Shown here: positions 27,701 to 36,589 of the stretch, one piece after another
How positions within the stretch are numbered: the first letter of the stretch is position 1
Layout of the letters: the number at the start of each line of letters is the position of its first letter
NCBI GenBank assembly: GCA_026770705.1
Contig: JANJGN010000008.1
Coordinates: 110,670,001-110,734,000, forward strand
Length of the DNA stretch: 64,000 nucleotides
Source of the DNA: Isurus oxyrinchus
Lineage: Eukaryota
Direction: 5' to 3'
Translations under genes and position numbers: made by a program
The notes under the pieces: generated by a model
Databases searched by the model: none
What the model saw: the letters and a program-made list of their open reading frames with translations, nothing else
What the model was told of the DNA's origin: nothing

Positions 27701-29634
27701 GATTCACTGGCGAATCTGATTGGTCTCTCTACACATTGGCGAAGCTGCTGAGTCTCTCCCCTCACTAGTGAATCTGTGAGCTCCCGCCACTCACTGTCGA
27801 ATCTGCTAGTACTGCCACTCACTGGTGAATTTACTACTTCTTCCTCCCACTGGTGAATCTGCTAAATCTGCCATTCTCTGGAGAGTCTGCTAGCTCTCCC
27901 ACTCACAGACGAATCTGCTAAGTCTCTCCCCTCACAGGGGCATCTGCTAGTTCCCTCTTCTCACTGGTTAATCTGCTCATTCCCTACAGTTCACTGGCGA
28001 ATCTGCCATTTTTGCTCCACTCATTGACAAATCTGTTAGTTTCCTCCACTGACTGGAGAACCTGCTTCTTATCTCCAGTCACTGCTGAATCAGCTCTTTC
28101 TTTGCACTCACTAGAGAATCTGCTGGTTCTTTGCTCTCACTGGCACCTAAATTAATTCTCTCCACACACTGCTAAATCTGCTGGTTCCCTCCACTCACTC
28201 ATGAATCTACTTGTTCTCTCCACTCACTGGCCAATCTGTGAATTTTCTGCACTCACTGGTGTGTCTGGTATTTCTCACCACTCACAGCTGAAACTGCTAG
28301 CTTTCTCCACTCTCTGGTGAATCTGCTAGTTCTTAAACTCACTGGCGAATCTGTTAGTCCTCAACACTCAGTAGCGAATCTCATAGCTCTCTCCTCTCAC
28401 TGATGAAACTATTAGTTCTTCCACTCATTGGTGAATCTGCTAGTTCTCACACTCACTTGCGAATCTGCTAGAACTCTCTACTCACTGGAGTATCTGATGG
28501 GTCTCTCCACTCACTGCTGATTCTGCTAGTTCTCCCACTCTCTGGCGAATCTCCTACTTCTTCCACTCACAGGCGAATCTTCTAAGTCTCTCCAGTCACT
28601 GGCGTATCTAATAGTTCTATCCATTGATTGCCAAATCTGCTTGTTTATTTTCCTTTCACTGGCGAATCTGCTATTGCTCTCCACACACTGGTGATTCTGT
28701 TCATTCTTTCCTCTCAATGGTGAATCTGCTATTTCTGTCACTCATTTGCGAATCTTCTAGTTCTCTCCACTCATTGGCGAAGCTGCTGGGTCTCTCCACT
28801 CCCCGGAGTGTCTGCTATTTCTCTCCAGTCGCTGACGCATCTGTTAATTCTCCCCATGCACTGGCGAATCAACTATTTCCATCCACTCACTGGTGAATCT
28901 GCTCGTTGCCTCCACTCACTGGTGTATCTGATACTTCTCTCCACAAATGGGCAAATCTTCTATTTTTTTCCACTCACTGGCGAATCTGCTTTTGCTCTCC
29001 AAACACTGGTGATTCTGCTCATTCTTTCCACTCACTGGCCAACCTGCTAGTTCCCTCCATTAACTGGCGAATCTGCTGGTGGTTGCACTCACTGGTGAAA
29101 CTGCTAGTTCTTCCTTTCACTGTCGAACCTGATATTTGCCTCCACTCACTGGCGATTCTGCTAGTTCTCTCCACTCACTGGCGAACCTGCTATTTGCCTC
29201 CACTCACTGACGAATCTGCAAAACTCTCCACTGACTGGAGTATCTGTTGGGACTCTCCACTCACTGATGATTCTGCTAGTTCTCCCGCTCACTGGCGAAT
29301 CTCCTAATTCTTCCACTCACTGGCGAATCTGATAGTTCTATCCACCTACTGGCAAATCTGCTAGTTTTTTTGCTCTCATTGGCGAATCTGCTATTGCTCT
29401 CCACACACTGGTGAATCTTTTCATTCTTTCCACTCACTGACGAATCTGCTATTTCTGCCACTTACTGGTGAATCTGTTAGTTCTTGCTCTCAATGGTGAA
29501 TCTGCTATTTCTGCCACTCATTGGTGAATCTGCTAGTTCTCTCCACACATTGGCAAAGCTGCTGGGTCTCTCCACTCACTGGCAAATCTGCTATTTCCCT
29601 CCACTCGCTGACGCATCTGCTAGTTCTCGCCACT

Positions 29635-31010
29635 CACTGGTGTATCTGATAATTCTATCCACTAACTGGCAAGTCTTCTATTTTTTCAACTCATTGGCGA
29701 GTCTGCTATTGCTCTCCACACACTGGTGAATCTGCTCATTCTTTCCACTCACTGGCCAACCTGCTAGTTCCCTCCATTCACTAGCGAATCTGCTGGTGCT
29801 TCCACTAACTGGCGAAACTGCTAGTTCTTCCACTCACTGGTGAATTTGCTAGTTCTGACACTCACTAGCGAATCTGCTAGTTCTGCCACTCACTGGTGAA
29901 TCTGCTTGTTCCCTCCACTCCCTGCTGAATCTGCTATATCCTCCATTCACTGGCGAATCAGCTTGTTCTCTGTACACATTGGCAAAGCTGCTGGGTCTCT
30001 CCACTCACTAGTGAATCTGTGAGGTCATCTACTCACTGTCGAATCTGCTAGTTCTGCTAATCACTGGCGAATTTACTACTTCTTCCTCTCACTGGTGAAT
30101 TTGCTAGTTCCGCCACTCAGTGGTGAATCTGCTAGCTCTCCCACTCACAGGTGTATCTGCAAGGTCTCTCCCCTCACAGGGAAATCTGCTAGTTCCATCC
30201 ACTCACTGGTGTATCTGCTAGGTCTCTCCCAACACAGGTGAATCTTCTAGCTCCCTCCACTCGCTGGTGAATCTGCTATTTCTTACCACACACCAACGAA
30301 TCAGCTAGTTCCCTCCACTCACTGGTGTATCTGATAATTCTATCCACTAACTGGCAAATCTATTTTTTTCAACTCACTGGCCAGTCTGCTATTGCTCTCC
30401 ACACACTGGTGAATCTGCTCATTCTTTCCACTCACTGGCCAACCTGCTAGTTCCCTCCATTCACTGGCGAATCTGCTGGTGCTTCCAATAACTGGTGAAA
30501 CTGCTAGTGCTTCCGCTCACTGGTGAATTTGCTAGTTCTGACACTCACTAGCGAATCTGCTAGTTCTGCCACTCATTGGTGAATCTGCTTGTTCCCTCCA
30601 CTCCCTGATGAATCTGCTATGTCCTCTATTCACTGGCGAATCAGCTTGTTCTCTGTACACATTGGCAAAGCTACTGGGTCTCTCCACTCACTAGTGAATC
30701 TGTGTGGTCCCTCTACTCACTGTCAAATCTGCTAGTTCTGCTAATCAGTGGCGAATTTACTACTTCTTCCTCTCACTGGTGAATTTGCTAGTTCCGCCAC
30801 TCAGTGGTGAATCTGCTAGCTCTCCCACTCACAGGCGTATCTGCAAGGTCTCTCCGCTCACAGGGGAATCTGCTAGTTCCATCCACTCACTGGTGTATCT
30901 GCTAGGTCTCTCCCAACTCAGGTGAATCTGCTAGCTCCCTTCACTCGCTAGTGAATCTGCTATTTCTCACCACACACCAACGAATCTGCTAGTTCTCACC
31001 ACTCACTGGC
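29635..31010 (+). repeat. About 684-bp (about 24-monomer) tandem duplication within the satellite
   Basis: Diagnostic variants tgtacacattggcaaagct (29971, 30654) and caccaacgaatc (30291, 30975) are offset by 683-684 bp. Boundaries are approximate. Confidence 0.85.
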
Positions 31011-31077
31011 GAATCAACTATTTCTGTCCACTCACTGGTGAATCTGCTAGCTCTGTCCCCTCACAGGTAAACCTGCT

Positions 31078-31090
31078 AGCTCCCTCCACT
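31078..31090 (+). repeat. Target-site duplication, left copy (AGCTCCCTCCACT)
   Basis: Identical 13-mer at 32291-32303. Flanking bases differ on both sides (t/g and a/t). Paralogous empty sites carry a single copy. Confidence 0.9.
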
Positions 31091-31108
31091 ATAAAAACAA
31101 AAAAAACT

Positions 31109-31177
31109 GCGGATGCTGGAAATCCAAAACAAAAACAGAATTACCTGGAAAAACTCAGCAGGTCTGGCAGCATCGGC
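31109..31177. other. Imperfect inverted repeat (potential 3'-terminal stem-loop of the element RNA)
   Basis: GCGGATGCTG (31109-31118) versus CAGCATCGGC (31168-31177): 9 of 10 positions complementary. It lies between the ribozyme and the element 3' end. Confidence 0.5.
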
Positions 31178-31189
31178 GGAGAAGAAAAG

Positions 31190-31228
31190 AGTTGACGTTT
31201 CGAGTCCTCATGACCCTTCGACAGAACT
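31190..31228 (-). ncRNA. Minimal type I hammerhead ribozyme motif (variant core) in the PLE 3' region
   Basis: Minus strand reads AGUU-CUGUCGA-A-GGGUC-augag-GACUC-GAAA-CG-UC-AACU. Helix I is AGUU/AACU; helix II is GGGUC/GACUC (5 bp, one G-U); a palindromic ACGU replaces helix III; the GUC cleavage triplet is present. This matches the known architecture of PLE minimal hammerheads except A6>U. Confidence 0.75.
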
Positions 31229-31272
31229 TGATTTCGAGTCCAAGAAAGAGTTGAAATATAAGCTGGTTTAAG

Positions 31273-31311
31273 GTGTGTGTGTGGGGGGCGGAGAGATAGA
31301 GAGAGAGAGAG
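31273..31311 (+). repeat. Compound microsatellite (GT)5-G6-(GA)n in the element 3' UTR
   Basis: gtgtgtgtgtggggggcggagagatagagagagagagag read directly from the sequence. Confidence 0.8.
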
Positions 31312-31570
31312 GTGGTTGTGTAGACAAACAAGCAGTGATAGAAGCAGATCATCAAAAGATGTCAGTGACAATGGTACAAAAGAACACATAGGTGTTAAAG
31401 TTAAAGTTGGTGATATTATCTAAACGAATGTGCTAATTAAGAATGGATGGTAGGGCACTCAAGGTACAGCTCTAGTGGGGGTGGGGGGAGCATAAAAGAT
31501 TTTAAAATATTTAAAAATAATGGAAATAGGTGGGAAAAGAAAAATCTATATAATATATAGGGAAAAAAAA

Positions 31571-31614
31571 GGGGGAAAAGGGGGAAACAGAAAGGGGGTG
31601 GGGATGGGGGAGGG
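31571..31614 (+). other. G-quadruplex-forming motif (six G-runs) just downstream of the element stop codon, on the antisense/cDNA strand
   Basis: GGGGG-aaaa-GGGGG-aaacagaaa-GGGGG-t-GGGG-at-GGGGG-a-GGG; the last four runs have 1-2 nt loops. Confidence 0.6.
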
Positions 31615-31617
31615 AGC

Positions 31618-32322
31618 TCACGACCTAAAGTTGTTGAATTCAATATTCAGTCCGGAAGGCTGTAAGGTGCCTAGTCGGAAGATGAGGTGTTGTTCCTCCA
31701 GTTTGCGTTGGGCTTCACTGGAACAATGCAGCAAGCCAAGGACAGACATGTGGGCAAGAGAGCAGGGTGGAGTGTTAAAATGGCAAGCGACAGGGAGGTT
31801 TGGGTCATTCTTGCGGACAGACCGCAGGTGTTCTGCAAAGAGGTCGCCCAGTTTACGTTTGGTCTCTCCAATGTAGAGGAGACCACATTGGGAGCAACGA
31901 ATGCAGTAGACTAAGTTGGGGGAAATGCAAGTGAAATGCTGCTTCACTTGAAAGGAATGTTTGGGCCCTTGGACGGTGAGGAGAGAGGAAGTGAAGGGGC
32001 AGGTGTTACATCTTTTGCGTGGGCATGGGGTGGTGCCATAGGAGGGGGTTGAGGAGTAGGGGGTGATGGAGGAGTGGACCAGGGTGTCCCGGAGGGAGCG
32101 ATCCCTACGGAATGCCGATAAGGGGGGTGAAGGGAAGATGTGTTTGGTGGTGGCATCATGCTGGAGTTGGCGGAAATGGCGGAGGATGATCCTTTGAATG
32201 CGGAGGCTGGTGGGGTGATAAGTGAGGACAAGGGGGACCCTATCATGTTTCTGGGAGGGAGGAGAAGGCGTGAGGGCGGATGCGCGGATGAGCTCCCTCC
32301 ACTTACTGGTTAATCTGCTCAT
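31618..32322 (-). pseudogene. Truncated PLE ORF: post-RT linker, Cys-rich Zn-finger-like motif and GIY-YIG endonuclease. The first 10 codons are satellite-derived.
   Basis: 234-aa open frame. C100-x4-C105-x2-C108; NLVYCIRCSQCGLLYIGET (GIY-YIG); CCHH residues C143/C146/H165/H181; LEEQHLI (Glu); GLN (Asn); TGA at 31620-31618. The usual RFxEH reads LFAEH here. No RT domain. Confidence 0.88.
32291..32303 (+). repeat. Target-site duplication, right copy (AGCTCCCTCCACT)
   Basis: Identical to 31078-31090. Removing the element plus one copy restores monomer register and matches the empty paralog near 35830-35960. Confidence 0.9.
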
Positions 32323-35300
32323 TCCCTCCAGTCACTGGCGAATCTGCTGTTTTTCTCTGCTCACTGACAAATCTGCCAGTTTCCTCCACTGACTGGAGAA
32401 TTTGCTTCTTATCTCCACTCACTGCTGAATCAGCTTTATCTATGCACTCACTGGAGAATCTGCTGGTTCTGTGCTCTCACTGGTGCATAAATTACTTTTC
32501 TGCACACACTGCTAAATCTGTTGGTTCCCTCCACTCACTCATGAATCTGCTTGTTCTCTCCACTCACTGGCGAAACTGTGAGTTTTCTCCACTCACTGGC
32601 ATATCTGGTATTTCTCACCACTCACTGACGAATCTTCTATTTTTCTCCACTCACTGGTGAATCGGCCAGTTTTTACACTCACTGGCGAATCTGTTAGTCC
32701 TCAACACTCATTAGCGAATCTCATAGCTCTCTCCACTCACTGACGAAACTATTGGTTCTTCCAGTTATTGGCGAATCTGCTAGTTTTCACACTCACTGGC
32801 AAATCTGCTAAAACTCTCTACTCACTGGAGTAACTGCTGGGTCTCATCACTCACTCGTGATTCTGCTAGTTCTACCACTCACTGGCGAATCTCCTACTTC
32901 TTCCACTCACGGGCAAATCTTCTAATTCTCTCCAATCACTGGCGTATCTGATAGTTCTATCCATTGGTTGCCAAATCTGCTTGTTTATTTTCCTCTCACT
33001 GGCGAATCTGCTATTGCTCTCCACACACTGGTGATTCTGTTCATTCTTTCCTCTCAATGGTGAATCTGCTATTTCTGTCACTCATTTGCGAATCTGCTAG
33101 TTCTCTCCACTCATTGGCGAAGTTGCTGGGTCTCTCCACTCCCCAGAGAATCTGCTATTTCTCTCCAGTCGCTGACGCATCTGTTAGTTCTCTCCACCCA
33201 CTGACGAATCAACTATTTCCGTCTACTCACTGGTGAATCTGCTCGTTCCCTCCACTCACTGGTGTATCTGATAGTTCAATCCACTAATGGGCAAATCTTC
33301 TATCTTTTTCCACTCACTGGCGAATCTGCTTTTGCTCTCCACACACTGGAGATTCTGCTCATTCTTTCCTCTCACTGGTGAATCTGCTAGTTATGCCACG
33401 CACTTTCGAATCTGCTATTTCTCTCCACACACTGGCGAATTTCCTCATTCTTTCCACTCACTGACGAATCTGCTAGTTCCCTCCACTCACTGGTGAATCC
33501 GCTGGTGCTTCCACTGACTGGCGAAACTGCTAGTTCTTCATCTCACAGTTGAATCTGCTAGTTCTGTCCCCTCATAAGTGAATCTACTAGTTCCATCCAC
33601 TCACTGGTGAATCTGCTAGGTCTCTCCCCTCACAGTTGAATCTGGTAGCTCCCTCCACTCACTGGTGAATCTACTATTTCTCTCCACTCACTGACGAATC
33701 TGCTCGTTCTCTCCACTCACTGGCGAATTGCTAGTTCTTCCTCTCTCTGGCCAATCTGCTCGTCATCCCCAATCACTGGTGAATTTGTTAGTTCTCTCCA
33801 CTCAATGGTGATTCTGCTAATTCTCCCACCCACTGGCAACTCTTCTAGATTTCTCCACTCACGACCGAATCTGCTTGTTTTTTTTTTTCTCACTGATAGA
33901 ATCTGCTTGTTGTCTCCATTCACTGGCGAATCTTCTAGTTCTTCCACTCACTGGCAAATCTGCTTGTACTCTCCACTCACGGGTGAATCTGCTACTCCTC
34001 TCCACTCACTGGTGAATCTGTTTGTTGTCTCCACTCATTGGCGAATCTGCTTGTTCCCTCAACTCACTAGCAAATCTGCTATTCTTCTCCACAAACTGGT
34101 GAATCTGATAGTTCTCTTTTCTCACTGGTGAATCTGCTATTCTCTCCACTCACTGGTGAAACTGGAGGGTCTCTCCACTCTCTGGCAAATTTCATAGTTC
34201 AGTCGACACACTGACAAATCTGCTAGTTCTTCCACTCAGTGGCGAATCTGCTAGTTCTCACACTCACTGGTGAATTTGCTAGAACTCTCCACTCACTGGA
34301 GTATCTGTTGGGTCTCTCCACTCATTGGCGATTCTGCTATTTGCCTCCACTCACTGGCAAATCTGCAAAACACTCCACTGACTGGAGTAAATGCTAGGTC
34401 TCTCCACTCACTGACGATTCTGTTAGTTCTCCCACCCACTGGTGAATCTCCTAATTCTTCCACTCACTGGTGAATCTGATAGTTCTATCCACTAACTGGC
34501 AAATCTGCTAGTTTTTTTCCTCTCACTGGCGAATCTGCTATTGCTCTCCACACACTGGTGAATCTGCTTGTTCTTTCCACTCACTGGCAAAGCTGCTGGG
34601 TCTCTCCACTCACTGGCGAATCTGCTATTTCTCTCCACCTACTGACGCATCTGCTAGTTCTCTCCACTCACTGGTGAATCAGCTGTTTCCGTCCACTCAC
34701 TGGTGAATCTGCTCGTTCCCTCCACTCACTGGTGTATCTGATAATTCTATCCACTAACTGGCAAATCTTCTATTTTTTTCAACTCACTGGCGAGTCTGCT
34801 ATTGCTCTCCACACACTGGTGAATCTGCTCATTCTTTCCACTCACTGGCCAATCTGCTAGTTCCCTCCATTCACTGGCAAATCTGCTGGTGCTTCCACTA
34901 ACTGGCGAAACTGCTAGTTCTTCCTCTCACTGGTGAATCTGCTATTTCTGCCACTCACTGGCGAATCTGCTAGTTCTGCCACTCACTGGTGAATCTGCTA
35001 GTTCCCTCCACTGCCTGGTGAATCTGCTATGTCTTCCATTCACTGGCGAATCATTTTGTTCTCTGTACACATTGGCAAAGCTGCTGGGTCTCTCCACTCA
35101 CTAGTGAATCTGTGAGCTCCCTCCACTCACTGTCGAATCAGCTAGTTCTGCTACTCACTGGCGAACTTACTACTTCTTCCTCTCACTGGTGAATTTGCTA
35201 GTTCTGCCACTCAGTGGTGAATCTGCTAGCTCTCCTGCTCAAATTCGTATCTGCTAGGTCTCTCCCCTCACAGAGGAAACTGCTAGTTCCATCCACTCAC

Positions 35301-36589
35301 TGGTGTATCTGCTAGGTCTCTCCCAACACAGATGAATCTGCTAGCACCCTCCACTCGCTGGTGAATCTGCTATTTCTACCCACACACTGACGAATCTGCT
35401 GGTTTTCTCCACTCACTGGCGAATCAGCTATTTCCGTCCACTCACTGGTGAATCTGCTTGTTCTCTCTACACATTGGCGAAGCTGCTGGGTCACTCCACT
35501 CACTAGTGAATCTGCTAGCTCCTTCCACTCACTGGCGAATCAGCTATTTCCGTCCACTCACTGGTGAATCTGCTTGTTCTCTCTACACATTGGCGAAGCT
35601 GCTGGGTCACTCCACTCACTAGTGAATCTGCGAGCTCCCTCCACTCACGGTCGAATCTGCTGGTTCTGCCACTCACTGGTGAATTTACTACTTCTTTCCC
35701 TCACTGGTGAATCTGCTAAATCTGCCATTCACTGGCGAATCTGCGAGCTCTCCTGCTCATAGTCGAATCTGCAAGGTCTCTCCCCTCACAGGGACATCTG
35801 CTGGTTCCATCCACTCACTGGTGAATCTGCTAGCTCTCTCCCCTTACAGGTGAATCTGCTCGCTCCATCCACTTACTGGTTAATCTGCTCATTCCCTCCA
35901 GTCACTGGCGAATCTGCTGTTTTTCTCCAGTCACTGACAAATCTGCCAGTTTCCTCCATTGACTGGAGAATCTGCTTCTTATCTCCACTCACTGCTGAAC
36001 CAGCTTTTTCTGTGCACTCACTGGAGAATCTGCTGGTTCTGTGCGCTCACTGGTGCATAAATTATTTCTCTGCACACATTGCTAAATCTGCTAGTTCCCA
36101 CCACTCACTCGAGAATCTGCTTGTTCTCTCCACTCATTGGCCAATCTGCTAGTTCTGTCCACTCATTGGCGAAACTGAGTGTCCTCCACTCACTGGCGTA
36201 TCTGGTATTTCTCACCACTCACTGATGAATCTGCTAGCTTTCTGCACTCACTGGTGAATCTGCTAGTTCTTACACTCAGTGGCGAATCTGTTAGTCCTCA
36301 ACACTCACTAGCAAATCTCTTAGATCTCTCCACTCACTGACGAAACTATTAGTTCTTCCAGTCATTGGCGAATCTGCTGGTTCTCCCTCTCACTGGCGAA
36401 TCTCCTACTTCTTCCACTCACAGGCGAATCTTCTAATTCTCTCCAATCACTGGTGTATCTGATAGTTCTATCCAATAACTGCCAAATCTGCTCGTTTTTT
36501 TTCCCACTCACTGGCGAATCTGCTATTGCTCTCCACACACTGGTGATGCTGCTTATTCTTTCCTCTCAGTGGTGAATCTGATATTTCTG

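Larger units (their letters stand above)
1..31090 (+). repeat. Satellite DNA array, degenerate 28/29-bp monomer (CCACTCACTGGYGAATCTGCTAGTTCTCT), left of the insertion; runs off the window start
   Basis: Continuous head-to-tail recurrence of ccactcactgg(c/t)gaatctgct every 28-29 nt with a variable pyrimidine tract. The + strand is strongly C/T-rich and G-poor. No unique spacers. Confidence 0.98.
31091..32290 (-). mobile_element. 5'-truncated Penelope-like retroelement (Neptune-type, GIY-YIG endonuclease-bearing), 1,200 bp
   Basis: Abrupt loss of satellite periodicity between 31091 and 32290. Minus-strand ORF with PLE C-terminal motifs (DRVPLVLTYHP, AFRRDRSLRDTLVHS, CxxxxCxxC, VY..YIG). 3' region holds a hammerhead motif. 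Flanked by a 13-bp direct repeat. The RT core is absent. Confidence 0.93.

Noticed and set aside
31091-31106. A-rich run as the poly(A) tail of a LINE or processed pseudogene
   Set aside because: The element is on the minus strand, so a poly(A) tail here would read as T on +. The run is a U-rich element terminus.
31116-31150. Splice-like signals on the minus strand (TTCCAG|GTAATT ... TTTTGGATTTCCAG)
   Set aside because: PLEs can carry introns, but this donor-acceptor distance is under 30 nt, too short for an intron, and there is no transcript evidence.
31141-32246. Other ORFs overlapping the element (31141, 31155, 31437, 31520, 31671, 31687, 31944)
   Set aside because: They are antisense or alternate-frame shadows of the GIY-YIG ORF, or low-complexity UTR translations without motifs.
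31618-32322. Bacterial/phage homing endonuclease, UvrC or host SLX1/ANKLE1 gene
   Set aside because: The linker motifs, CCHH insert, 3' hammerhead, 5' truncation and TSD all point to a Penelope-like retroelement.
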